Of a stretch of DNA of 64,000 nucleotides, positions 9,893-20,033 are shown one piece after another. The DNA is from Flavobacteriales bacterium. Lineage in GTDB: Bacteria > Bacteroidota > Bacteroidia > Flavobacteriales_D > Parvicellaceae. Where the stretch lies: contig JAGYKU010000003.1 of assembly GCA_018401455.1 (NCBI GenBank), forward strand, positions 20,244-84,243, given 5' to 3'. Each line of letters opens with the position of its first letter. The stretch's first letter is position 1. Made by a program: the position numbers and the translations under genes. The notes under the pieces are model-generated. The model did not search any database. It was not told where the DNA came from and saw only the letters and a list, made by a program, of their open reading frames with translations.

Positions 9893-10043
9893 GACAGTTC
9901 GAGCGGTTCACCAAATGGCTTATTGTATCGAGAAGTTAGGGGGGGAGTTTGGCTCTATTCATATTGGTCTCGATACAACTTTCTATTTTACAATCGATTT
10001 TTTCAAAATCAATGTAAAATATACGAAACCCACTCGACCTGAC
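9893..10043. repeat. REP-like inverted doublet
   Basis: GACAGTTCGAGCG...TTGTATCGAGA (9893-9933) is inverted relative to TCTCGATACAA...CACTCGACCTGAC (9968-10043); internal hairpin at about 9985-10020. Confidence 0.7.
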
Positions 10044-10492
10044 CTTGACTTTTTGTTTTAATCTATTTTGAGACTTATTCTAAAACCTTAATGTTGGTTA
10101 AAAATGGTTTACTGGTATGAAAGCGTATATACAATATTCTTTTAATATAATTAAGCTTAACCAAGCAATTTTAAGTTTTATAACATAAAAAGAACTTGAA
10201 ATTATTCTCTTACTTTTTACTTTCGAAGCTTTAGCGAAGATAGTTTGTTACTCGCTCTGTTTTGTAACCTTCTCCAAAGCGAATAACCAAATGAAAATTC
10301 CGAATTTATTGGGGTTTTTATAGAATATTGATAAAGGAATGATGTTTTAAAAGTTGACATTTTAATTTTAATAATTACCTGATTCGTTGTAGTGTTTTTT
10401 GCAATTTTATGTCAATAAAATTTTAAAAAAATAAAAAAAAGGGTGTATCGAATTTTCGTACACCCTCTTAAATATTTTTGAATTAAGTTATA

Positions 10493-11083
10493 TTAAGCAG
10501 CTTGTTTCTTTTTGAATTTCATAGAAGCCCATGTTTCGCTAAGGATTTTATCCACATTTAACGCTTCAATTCCTGGAACAGATTTCATTGCTTGTTCCAC
10601 TTCTTTAGAATATTGTTCTTTTGCTTGTTCCATAACAGATGAACCTGTAAGTTTTAATGTAAACTCATCAGCAGTAGATTCTGTGATTTCAAAAGCTGCT
10701 TTAAATTTTTGACCATCAACATCTCCAGAAATAACAAGGTTGTTTCCATCAACATCCCAATTAAATTCTTTTGTATCTCCTTTAGGTCCCACAACTAATT
10801 TGCCATCTTCTTTGAATTCCATGACAATTTGATCTGCCATAGCTTGGTTTTTTTTCATTTCTTCTTTTACATTTCCTAACTCACTAGTGTATTCAGAAGG
10901 AATAGCATCAGAAATCTTAATTTCTACAGACCCTAAATCTGGAGTCCATTCACCTACAAAGTTTTTTTTGTCTTTTCCTTCTTCTAGGCTTTCTTTTTTG
11001 TCAGCCTCTTTTTCTTCAGAACAAGAAACAACAGACGTTGAAAAGAAAACTACAACAATTAATAATATAAAAAATATTTTCAT
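10493..11083 (-). CDS. Lipoprotein, lipocalin-like fold possible
   Basis: Lipobox VVSC; FVGEW, MEFKEDG, WDVDGNNLVI pattern. Confidence 0.6.
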   Translation of the reverse strand: MKIFFILLIVVVFFSTSVVSCSEEKEADKKESLEEGKDKKNFVGEWTPDLGSVEIKISDAIPSEYTSELGNVKEEMKKNQAMADQIVMEFKEDGKLVVGPKGDTKEFNWDVDGNNLVISGDVDGQKFKAAFEITESTADEFTLKLTGSSVMEQAKEQYSKEVEQAMKSVPGIEALNVDKILSETWASMKFKKKQAA

Positions 11084-11299
11084 TTTGTGTTTAGATTATA
11101 AATTTAAGTTTGGCACAAAGATAAGGTGGATATTTTGTTCATTAAAAAAAAATTGATGAAATAATTACCTTTTCACATAAAACAAGTCTTTTGGGATATC
11201 AATGAACATAAAACAGGTTTTTTGTATCTTAAAAGTTTTTAAGTACCTTTGGAAAATACTTAATTAATTATTTTTAAAACTTGATAAACAAAATCAATT

Positions 11300-11788
11300 A
11301 TGCAAATTACTAAAAACACTGTAGCACAATTTCATTACACACTTACCAATACACAAGGAGAGTTGTTAGATTCTTCAAAAGATAGAGCCCCTCTTTTATA
11401 TCTTCATGGACATTCAGCTTTGATTTCTGGTTTAGAAAATCAATTAGAAGGAAAGTCTTCTGGAGAAAAATTTGTTGCTGAAATAAAAAGTGAAGATGCT
11501 TACGGAGACTATAACGAAGAATTGGTGCACATCGTTCCCAAAAACGGATTCCAAAATGATGGTGACGAACAACTTGCGGAAGGAATGCAGGTACAAGTAG
11601 ATACCAACAATGGAATGGCTGTAGCTTTGGTTACAAAAATTGAAGGTGAAGATGTTACTTTAGATTTAAATCATCCACTTTCTGGAATGGATTTGAAATT
11701 TGACATCGAAATTATGGATGTAAGAATGGCGACAGCAGAAGAAATAGAACATGGTCATGCTCACGGAGAAGGTGGACATCAACATTAA
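11300..11788 (+). CDS. slyD: FKBP-type peptidyl-prolyl isomerase SlyD
   Basis: YLHGHSALISGLE, DLNHPLSG, His-rich tail EHGHAHGEGGHQH; TACCTTTG promoter at 11244. Confidence 0.93.
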   Translation: MQITKNTVAQFHYTLTNTQGELLDSSKDRAPLLYLHGHSALISGLENQLEGKSSGEKFVAEIKSEDAYGDYNEELVHIVPKNGFQNDGDEQLAEGMQVQVDTNNGMAVALVTKIEGEDVTLDLNHPLSGMDLKFDIEIMDVRMATAEEIEHGHAHGEGGHQH

Positions 11789-11870
11789 AACGATAAGTCC
11801 ATAAAATTTAGATTTCTATTTCAATTTTTAATATCTTTGATTCAATAATTTTTTTGATTTTAAAGTTAAG

Positions 11871-12767
11871 ATGGCTGATTTTTTCAATAATCCTGCATTG
11901 GAGCAAGACCCAACTGTCTATGCAATTCCAGTTTTTATTGCTTTTATTCTGATTGAATTATTCATTGATATTAGAAGAAATCTCAAAAGTTATGAATTAA
12001 AAGATTCAGCGGCTTGTATTTCAATGGGTCTTGGAGTTGTAGTGATAGGAATTGTTACCAAAAGTTTTGCTTATTTATTATTTCTATTGATTTATGAAAA
12101 TTTTCGTTTTTTCACACTCGAAAATACATGGTGGATGTGGGTTTTACTTCTTTTTGCTGATGATCTAGCATTTTATTGGCATCATCGAATGAGTCATTCT
12201 GTAAGATTTCTTTGGGCAGCGCATATTCAACACCATTCTTCACAGAGAATGAATTTATCTGTTGCACTTAGACAAAGTTGGGGAGAACCATTTTACAAAT
12301 ATTTATTCTATTTATGGATCCCATTATTGGGTTTTCATCCCGTTTGGATGATGGTGATGCAAGCCATAAGTTTGATATATCAATTTTTCCAACATACCGA
12401 ATTGGTGGGGAAATTAGGTCCCCTGGAGTGGATTATGAACACGCCTTCACATCACAGAGTGCATCATGCTACTCAAGTGAAGTACTTGGACAGAAATCAT
12501 GCTGGAATCTTTATCATTTGGGATAAATTATTCGGAACATTTCAAGAAGAAGACGAGAATGAAAAGCCTGTTTATGGTATTACCACAAATATTAACACTT
12601 ACAATCCGTTGAAAATTGCCACTCATGAATACGGAGCTTTGTGGCGAGATGTGAAAAGAGCGAAAAAGTTTTCTGATAAATTAAAGTATATTTTTATGCC
12701 TCCAGGCTGGAGTCATGATGGAGAAAATCAAACCTCAAAATACTTACAAAGTAAATTATCTGAATGA
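11871..12767 (+). CDS. Sterol desaturase/fatty acid hydroxylase family protein (alkylglycerol monooxygenase-like)
   Basis: His boxes YWHHR, HIQHHSS, HTE, HHRVHH; IIWDKLFGTF; PVYG; PPGW. Confidence 0.85.
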   Translation: MADFFNNPALEQDPTVYAIPVFIAFILIELFIDIRRNLKSYELKDSAACISMGLGVVVIGIVTKSFAYLLFLLIYENFRFFTLENTWWMWVLLLFADDLAFYWHHRMSHSVRFLWAAHIQHHSSQRMNLSVALRQSWGEPFYKYLFYLWIPLLGFHPVWMMVMQAISLIYQFFQHTELVGKLGPLEWIMNTPSHHRVHHATQVKYLDRNHAGIFIIWDKLFGTFQEEDENEKPVYGITTNINTYNPLKIATHEYGALWRDVKRAKKFSDKLKYIFMPPGWSHDGENQTSKYLQSKLSE

Positions 12768-12888
12768 GCGGTTTAAAAATTATCGTCACTTATTTCATTG
12801 ATTGGATATTTCAATTTATCTTTGTGCCAATTACCAGTCCAAATATTGTCTCTGATAACTATTGGGATGATAGACAGGTAAAGTGAAT

Positions 12889-12971
12889 ACCCAGATGCTG
12901 AAATTGGTAGACAGGCAACGTTGAGGTCGTTGTGCATTATGTGCGTGTGAGTTCGAGTCTCATTCTGGGTA
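12889..12971 (+). tRNA. tRNA-Leu (anticodon GAG)
   Basis: Acceptor ACCCAGA/TCTGGGT, anticodon arm CAACG-TTGAGGT-CGTTG, variable arm, GTTCGAGTC. Confidence 0.93.
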
Positions 12972-13301
12972 CAAAAACAAAGCGAGAACCAAACTATCTT
13001 CGCTAAGAACTTTGAAAGTAAACAGTACAAGTGGTGTTTGTGCTCTGCTTTTCTTCGTTTTTGATTACTCAAACCCACTAAAACACAACTTATATTCGTT
13101 TTTTTAAATCTATAATTTGTTTACCTTTTTAAGTTGTGTCGGATTAATGCTGGATTCTTAGTGCTAGATTTTCATTAAAAAAATAGTGTTTATTTTGATT
13201 ATTCCCTTTGAACAAGTATAATAAAATTGAGTAAATAGAAAATACTTAACTTTTTGGAAAACCTCTTTTTTTTTGTAATTTTACAAAATTCAAATTTAAA
13301 T

Positions 13302-13547
13302 ATGAAGTATTATAATTATTTTTTAATCATATTTGTTACTTTCTTTCTTGAGGGGTGCGTAGGTCACGATGCTCAAAAAATTGCAGAAGCATATTGTAAG
13401 TGCAGAGAAGTTGAAAAATACGAAGGCACCATGCAAGGTACACAATGTTTTGAAGACTGGAATCAAAAATATGGTAAAATCAGATTTAGCGAAAGCCAAA
13501 AGAAAACTTTCTTTGACATTACAAATGCATGTAATCCAAAAAACTAA
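13302..13547 (+). CDS. Small Cys-containing lipoprotein, function unknown
   Basis: Lipobox LEGC; AEAYCKC motif; likely start at ATG 13302. Confidence 0.6.
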   Translation: MKYYNYFLIIFVTFFLEGCVGHDAQKIAEAYCKCREVEKYEGTMQGTQCFEDWNQKYGKIRFSESQKKTFFDITNACNPKN

Positions 13548-13624
13548 CTCTTATCTTCAAATATTCATCTTACCAAGTCCTATTTGCTTTGAAACTTGTT
13601 TTCTAAACTTTCAATAATTAAAGC

Positions 13625-13660
13625 AGATGTCTCCTCCGTAGCTGCGGAGGTCGACATGAC
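13625..13660. repeat. Single REP-like palindrome between convergent genes
   Basis: AGATGTCT-CCTCCGTAGCTGCGGAGG-TCGACATGAC, a GC-rich hairpin in AT-rich DNA. Confidence 0.6.
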
Positions 13661-13738
13661 AAAAACCAATCTTTAATCTCAAAAATATTTCTCATTGTAC
13701 CATTGATTATGTGTTTTTCATCTTTCTGATTTCCTATT

Positions 13739-14590
13739 TCATTTCTTCACTCTATCAGGATAATCCGTAATGATTCCAGAAACGCCATATCGAATTAATT
13801 TATCGCTTTTCTTTTTATCATTCACTGTCCATGCATATATGTCTATGTTTTCTTTCTTTGCTTTTTGCACATCTTTTTTTCTAATAGTAGGGTAGTACAT
13901 GCCCAAAGCATAAGGTTTAAAAGTTATTTCTTTCAAAAAAGAATCTATGGAAACAAATGGTTTGTAAGTCAAATATACATATCTGTAATCAGGTAGTATT
14001 TGATGCAATTCTTCCAAAAGCAGTGCGTCAAAACTCATGAAAATTATATTGGAATTGTATTCAAAGTCTTTGACTTCATTTGCAATAATTCTAGCATACT
14101 CTTTCGGTTCTGGCTGATAAGTTCCATAATCTTTGGTTTCTGATTTTATTTCAAATAATATCGTAACAGATTTAAAATCTATTTTTTTAAAAGCCTCTTG
14201 AACAGTTGGTTTGTAGGTGTTGATACTTTTTTGCTCAGGAAATTTTGAGTTGCCCTTACTTCCACAATCGTATTTTTGTATTTCTTCGACTGTCAGATTA
14301 TAAAAATTCACTTTTTTTCCTTCAGCAGCAGAAATGTCTTTTCCATTCTTGTCTAAACAATAACTAGCATCAATATAAGGCTCGTGTGAAATCACTAACT
14401 TTTTGTCTTTGCTTACAACTACATCCCACTCGATGCCATCAACACCAAGTTCAATGGCTTTGTTAAAACTTTCAATTGAATTTTCTGGCAGTAAGCCTCT
14501 GCAACCTCTGTGTCCAAAGAATTGAGCAGAATCTTGTGCATTTGTAAGTGTTGTCATCGTTAGAAATGTTAGAATTAAAAATAGCTTCAT
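13739..14590 (-). CDS. Glycerophosphodiester phosphodiesterase, secreted
   Basis: GHRGCRGLLPENS, IEWDV, EIKS, WTVN, GIITDYP. Confidence 0.93.
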   Translation of the reverse strand: MKLFLILTFLTMTTLTNAQDSAQFFGHRGCRGLLPENSIESFNKAIELGVDGIEWDVVVSKDKKLVISHEPYIDASYCLDKNGKDISAAEGKKVNFYNLTVEEIQKYDCGSKGNSKFPEQKSINTYKPTVQEAFKKIDFKSVTILFEIKSETKDYGTYQPEPKEYARIIANEVKDFEYNSNIIFMSFDALLLEELHQILPDYRYVYLTYKPFVSIDSFLKEITFKPYALGMYYPTIRKKDVQKAKKENIDIYAWTVNDKKKSDKLIRYGVSGIITDYPDRVKK

Positions 14591-14710
14591 TTTAAATTAA
14601 ATTGATTTGCGCACAACAAAAGTAATGGGATATCTGTTAACAGATGTAATATAAATATTATATTTTTTCTTAGCACAAAAGATAAATATTTAGGTTATAA
14701 AATAAAGCAC

Positions 14711-15343
14711 ATGAAGTTAGTTTTAATAATTTTGTTAAGTTTTTCTTTGGTAAGTTGTAATGCACAAACCCCATCGGAAAAATCAAATTTAAATAAAGAT
14801 ATCAATATGGAAAATATGGAAGTAGCAACACTTGGAGCGGGTTGTTTTTGGTGTGTAGAAGCAGTTTTTACAGATTTGAAAGGTGTTGTTTCGGTAACAT
14901 CCGGATACATGGGTGGAAAAGTGAAAAACCCCACTTACAAAGAAGTTTGTTCCGGGCTCACTGGTCATGCTGAGGTGGCTCAGATAGTTTTTGACCCAAA
15001 TGTTATTTCATTCAAAGAAATATTGGAAGTTTTCTGGAAAACTCACGATCCTACGACACTCAACAGACAAGGAAATGATGTAGGTACACAGTATAGATCT
15101 GCCATTTTTTATCATAGCGAAACTCAAAAAGAAGTGTCAGAATTCTATATTTCTGAACTCAACAAATCAGGTGCTTGGGACAATCCTATTGTTACAGAAG
15201 TAGTTCCTGTAGATGTTTTTTATCCTGCCGAAGATTATCATCAAAACTATTTTGCCCTGCACGGTGAAGAACAATATTGCAAGTATGTTATTCAGCCTAA
15301 AGTTGAAAAATTCAAAAAAGCTTTCGCAGCAAAATTAAAATAA
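14711..15343 (+). CDS. msrA: Peptide-methionine (S)-S-oxide reductase, lipoprotein
   Basis: GCFWC, HDPTTLNRQGNDVGTQYRS, AEDYHQNY. Confidence 0.96.
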   Translation: MKLVLIILLSFSLVSCNAQTPSEKSNLNKDINMENMEVATLGAGCFWCVEAVFTDLKGVVSVTSGYMGGKVKNPTYKEVCSGLTGHAEVAQIVFDPNVISFKEILEVFWKTHDPTTLNRQGNDVGTQYRSAIFYHSETQKEVSEFYISELNKSGAWDNPIVTEVVPVDVFYPAEDYHQNYFALHGEEQYCKYVIQPKVEKFKKAFAAKLK

Positions 15344-15438
15344 CAAATTGTTAATATTTGTTTGAATTTTGGGAAAAGAAATTCCAAAAAGATGCCTTGA
15401 TTTAATTAGTTTTGCATCACAATTAAAAAGTAATTAAA

Positions 15439-16632
15439 ATGGCTCAAATTTCAGACAGATTAAACAGATTGTCAGAATCTGCAACACTTGCAATGGCAAG
15501 AAAAACAAGAGAATTAAAAGCGGAAGGGAAAAACATCATTGGGTTGAGTCTTGGAGAACCAGATTTTCATACACCTGATTTTATCAAAGATGCAGCAAAA
15601 GAAGGTATTGATCAAAATTATACGCAATACACACCTGTAGAAGGTTATGCTGATTTGAAAGAAGCCATTGCTTTGAAATTCAAAAGAGACAATGGATTGA
15701 CTTATGGAATGGATCAAATTGTTTCTTCAACTGGAGCCAAACAATCTATTGCAAATGTCGTTTTGAGTCTTATCAACCCAGGTGATGAGGTGATAATTCC
15801 TGCTCCTTATTGGGTTACTTACGAAGAGATTGTAAAACTTGCTGAGGGTATTCCTGTAGTTATCGAAACATCAATTGATGATGATTTTAAAATAACTGGA
15901 GCTGCTTTTGAAAAAGCAATTACACCTAAAACCAAAATGATGATTTTTAGTTCGCCTTGCAATCCAACTGGAAGTTTGTACAGCAAAGAAGAGTTGAGAA
16001 GTTTGGCAGATGTGGTAGTAAAACATAAAGAAATTATTGTCATTAGTGATGAAATATACGAACACATTAATTTTGTTGGAACACATCAAAGTTTGGCGCA
16101 GTTTGAAGATGTTTATGAACAAGTGGTAACGGTAAATGGTTTATCAAAAGCATTTGCTATGACAGGATGGAGATTGGGTTATATTGGTGCACCGGCATGG
16201 ATTGCAAAAGCATGTATCAAAATGCAAGGTCAAGTTACAAGTGGTACTTGCTCTATTGCGCAAAGAGCCGCTATTGCTGCTTTGAAAGCAGACCCAAGTG
16301 TTACTTACGACATGAGAGATGCTTTCGAAAAAAGAAGAGATTTGATGTTGACAGAGTTGAGAAAAATCGACAGAGTTAAAATCAATATTCCTGAAGGAGC
16401 ATTTTATGTTTTTCCAGATATCAGTGCTTATTTTGGAACTTCTAATGGTGAATTTAAAATAAATAATGCAGATGATTTGGCTATGTATCTCCTTACGGAT
16501 GCAGAAGTAGCAACAGTAACAGGTAGTGCATTTGGAGATGATAAATGTATTAGGATTTCTTACGCTGCTAGCGAAGCCAATTTAATTGAAGCATTGAAAA
16601 GAATTACCATTTCATTGAATAAGTTGAAATAA
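15439..16632 (+). CDS. aspC: Class I/II PLP-dependent aminotransferase (aspartate aminotransferase)
   Basis: LGEPDF, NPTG, SDEIY, SKAFAMTGWRLG. Confidence 0.88.
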   Translation: MAQISDRLNRLSESATLAMARKTRELKAEGKNIIGLSLGEPDFHTPDFIKDAAKEGIDQNYTQYTPVEGYADLKEAIALKFKRDNGLTYGMDQIVSSTGAKQSIANVVLSLINPGDEVIIPAPYWVTYEEIVKLAEGIPVVIETSIDDDFKITGAAFEKAITPKTKMMIFSSPCNPTGSLYSKEELRSLADVVVKHKEIIVISDEIYEHINFVGTHQSLAQFEDVYEQVVTVNGLSKAFAMTGWRLGYIGAPAWIAKACIKMQGQVTSGTCSIAQRAAIAALKADPSVTYDMRDAFEKRRDLMLTELRKIDRVKINIPEGAFYVFPDISAYFGTSNGEFKINNADDLAMYLLTDAEVATVTGSAFGDDKCIRISYAASEANLIEALKRITISLNKLK

Positions 16633-16654
16633 TTATAAAAACATTTAGAATCTT

Positions 16655-16692
16655 AAAAAGAGTTGTAGAAAATTTACTACAACTCTTTTTTT
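16655..16692 (+). terminator. Rho-independent terminator
   Basis: aaaaagagttgtag...ctacaactcttttttt. Confidence 0.8.
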
Positions 16693-16824
16693 ATGGCGCT
16701 AAGTTTTAACAACTTCTTTCTGAAAATCAACACATTCTTAAATACGTTTCTTTTTGCGAAAAAAAATCTTTGAAAATGCCATAATATTAACATATCTTTG
16801 TGAGTTCGAAAGGCACATTAGAAA

Positions 16825-17922
16825 ATGCAAAACATAGAAAAATATCTCATCAACCTAATGCACCAACACGATTGTGTGGTGATACCCAATTTTGGTGGGT
16901 TGGTGGCGAATTATATTCCTGGTTTTGCAGATGCGCAATCGAAAATGTTGCATCCTCCCAAAAAAGGATTTGTTTTCAATAGATTTTTGCAACATAATGA
17001 TGGGCTTTTAGCGCACGAAATTGTAAAAGAAGAAAATATTGCATTTCAAAATGCTGTGGAGTTTATCGATACATTTGTAAAGTCGATTCAAAGCGAAATG
17101 CAACTCAAGAAACGTTTTGATTTGGGTGCTATCGGTACTTTTTTCCTAGATGAAAAAAACAATTTAAGTTTCCATGCCAAAAAAGAAAGTTATTTGCTTT
17201 CAAGTTTTGGACTTCCTGTTGTAAAAGCTTTGCCTTTGCCAGCACTAGAAAAGGAAACTCCTATTGTGCAAATAACAACTAAAGAAACAGTTGCAACATC
17301 AGATAGAAAACCGCTTGGAAAAGTGGTAGCGATACAAGAACCTTTATTAAAAACGAATGCACCTTCCATAAAAGTGAGCCATTCCAAATGGTGGGTAGCA
17401 GCAGCGCTTATTCCATTAGGATTTTATGCTGCTTGGATTCCCATGAAAACAGATTTGTTGAGTCCTCAAGGGAATTTTCAATATTCTGATTTGAATCCTT
17501 TTACTTTTACAAAAGCCATTCAAAATTATCAGTTTTACAGTTCCAATACTTTTAAAGTTGATACTTTAGATAAAGTGGATTTTTCTATTTTTGATATTCA
17601 TTCAAAACCTGCTGAGACCATTTCTACGGAGGTAGTTAAAGATACATTGGTTTATGAAGATGTAAAAGAGAAACACACCACTACAATCAAAAACACCGAA
17701 CAAGGTTATTTTGTGATTGGAGGTTGTTTTAAAGATCAAAATAACGCTGAAGTTTTTGTAAAAGAACTGCAATCCAAAGGTTTTGATGCTTTGGTTGTAG
17801 ATTACAATAAAGGACTACACAGAGTTGCTTTTGGACATTATTCATCCTCTTAGGAAGCCAAAAATGCTAAATCTCAAATCACATCCTCTGGCGAATATAG
17901 CGCTTGGGTGTTGAAGAAGTAA
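16825..17922 (+). CDS. HU-CCDC81-like N-terminal domain plus TM and C-terminal SPOR domain protein; in-frame TAG at 17851-17853
   Basis: HDCVVIPNFGG, NDGLLA; SPOR-like YFVIGGCFKDQNNA...; the frame continues after TAG as EAKNAKSQITSSGEYSAWVLKK to TAA at 17920-17922. Confidence 0.8.
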
Positions 17923-18084
17923 AAACTAATAAATTAGTTGGTTCTGAGTTTGAAGTTCGGGGTTTGTTGTTAAAGGCTCACTGAAGTAATTATTTCGTAA
18001 AATCAGTATGACAAAAAAATGGTTACTTTTTCGCTATTATAACTCTTTGCTTTATGTGTATTCTCTTAATATTCAATCCTTAGT

Positions 18085-18285
18085 TTTTTGAACCACAGAG
18101 GCACGGAGGTCACAGAGTTTAGGCGTTTTTTTTATACGATTTACAATACCAAGAACCCAAGCAGAATTTTAAATTTTAATCATTAAAATAGAATTGAAAC
18201 TCTCTGTGTCTTCGTGGTAAATTCATATGGTTTTAATTCCCTTACCAAAATGTTTTTGAACCACAGAGGTACGGGGGTCACAGAG
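18085..18285. repeat. Short-period CACAGAG arms: two direct left arms and one inverted arm
   Basis: tttttgaaccacagaggcacggaggtcacagag (18085-18117) and its copy (18253-18285); inverted ctctgtgtcttcgtggt at about 18202-18218. Confidence 0.75.
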
Positions 18286-18383
18286 TCGCTTTTGGACATT
18301 ATTCATCCTCTTAGGAAGCCAAAAATGCTAAATCTCAAATCACATCCTCTGGCGAATATAGCGTTTGGGTTTTGAAGAAGTAA
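18279..18383 (+). repeat. 105-bp direct duplication of the SPOR gene 3' end (copy of 17818-17922)
   Basis: Offset 461 bp, three substitutions; TAG and final TAA retained. Confidence 0.92.
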
Positions 18384-18477
18384 AGTTGGTTTTTGGTTTG
18401 AAGTTCGGTGTTTGTAGTTTTTTTCTTGTATTATGAAAATGTATTTCCTAATACGTAAGACAATAGACGTAATACAT

Positions 18478-18831
18478 TTACATCAACTCCTTTTCAATAA
18501 TATCCTTCAAAGCATTTTTGGGCAAAGCTCCTGCTTGCATCATAGGTTGTTTGTCCATAGGAATAAACAAAATGGAAGGAATACTTCTGATACCAAACAT
18601 AGCAGATAATTCTTGCTCTATTTCGGTGTTCACTTTATAAATAGTCACTTTATCCTTGTATTCATCAGATAGTTCTTCAAGTATTGGCGCTACCATTTTG
18701 CATGGACCACACCAATCTGCATAAAAATCTATAATAGCAGGTTGTGTTCCTTTAAAATTCCATTCTTCTCCTTTGGTGTAATCGAATACATCTGATTGAA
18801 AAAGTTCTTTTGTTAAATTTACTGTTGGCAT
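18478..18831 (-). CDS. trxA: Thioredoxin
   Basis: DFYADWCGPC, IRSIPS. Confidence 0.92.
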   Translation of the reverse strand: MPTVNLTKELFQSDVFDYTKGEEWNFKGTQPAIIDFYADWCGPCKMVAPILEELSDEYKDKVTIYKVNTEIEQELSAMFGIRSIPSILFIPMDKQPMMQAGALPKNALKDIIEKELM

Positions 18832-18977
18832 AATATTTATTTTTTCTGCAAAGGTAAAAGATGAAAAATCGATAGTGTGTTACAAAGATTACATAGCATA
18901 TATTTTATAAATGTTAAAAACGAGATTTCCACTTCGATATAAAAGAGTAATTTAGCATTTTAGAATTATAATTTTCA

Positions 18978-19994
18978 ATGTCAAATAGCACAACTTTCCA
19001 CATCCTAAAGATGCTTACATTCAGGAAGATTTTGAATGGGGCTTTGTTGTACAAAAGTTTTTGGCTTTCTAGAATTTTCAAAAAACCCATTATTTGGGGA
19101 AAACCACTGGCGCTTTCTATTGAGCCCACTACAGCTTGTAATCTCGGCTGTCCAGAATGTCCGAGTGGACTCAAACAATTTTCACGCCCCACAGGGAATA
19201 TGAAATCGAGTGTCAATGAAAAAATCATTGATGAATTGGGTAAAAACTTAGCCTACATCAATTTTTATTTTCAAGGTGAACCGTTTATCAATAAAAATAT
19301 TTTCGATTTGATTGCCTATGCCAACACCAAAGGAATTTACACCGCCACATCGACCAATGCACACTTCTTGAACCCCGAAAGTTGCGAAAAAGTAATCGAT
19401 AGCGGACTCAAAAGAATGATCATCTCGATTGACGGCACTACGCAAGAAGTCTATGAGCAATACCGAAAAGAAGGTTCTCTGGAAAAAGTCTTGGAAGGCA
19501 CGAGAAATATGGTGGCTGCCAAGAAAAAAAGAAACGCCCAATTTCCCCATTTGATTTTTCAGTTTTTGGTGGTTAAACCCAACGAACATCAAATAGAAGA
19601 AGCCAAAATATTGGCAATAGAAATGGGCGTTGATGAAATTCGTTTCAAAACTGCACAAGTCTATTCGTACGAAAATGGTAATCCATTAATTCCAACTATT
19701 GACAAATACAGTCGATATAGAAAAATGGCAGACGGTACTTTCAAACTCAAAAACAAAATGAGCAATCACTGTTGGAGGATGTGGAGTAGCGCTGTGGTCA
19801 CTTGGGACGGAAGCATTGTACCTTGCTGTTTCGATAAAGACGCCAAACACAAATTGGGAAATATGCAGTTTGTAAAATTCGACAACATCTGGAAAAACAA
19901 AGAATACCAAAACTTTAGAAAAGCACTCCTTACCAACAGACAAGAAATAGACATTTGCAAAAACTGCTCAGAAGGAAGTAAGGTTTGGGCGTAA
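18978..19994 (+). CDS. Radical SAM protein with SPASM/twitch domain
   Basis: CNLGCPEC, QGEP, C-terminal C...PCC...CKNC. Confidence 0.92.
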   Translation: MSNSTTFHILKMLTFRKILNGALLYKSFWLSRIFKKPIIWGKPLALSIEPTTACNLGCPECPSGLKQFSRPTGNMKSSVNEKIIDELGKNLAYINFYFQGEPFINKNIFDLIAYANTKGIYTATSTNAHFLNPESCEKVIDSGLKRMIISIDGTTQEVYEQYRKEGSLEKVLEGTRNMVAAKKKRNAQFPHLIFQFLVVKPNEHQIEEAKILAIEMGVDEIRFKTAQVYSYENGNPLIPTIDKYSRYRKMADGTFKLKNKMSNHCWRMWSSAVVTWDGSIVPCCFDKDAKHKLGNMQFVKFDNIWKNKEYQNFRKALLTNRQEIDICKNCSEGSKVWA

Positions 19995-20033
19995 AGTGAA
20001 ACTCAATAACTTAAAACATCGTATTGCTTTTCA

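Noticed and set aside
17818-18383. DGR template/variable repeat pair
   Set aside because: The three differences (T/C, C/T, G/T) are not consistently at adenines of one copy, and no reverse transcriptase is nearby.
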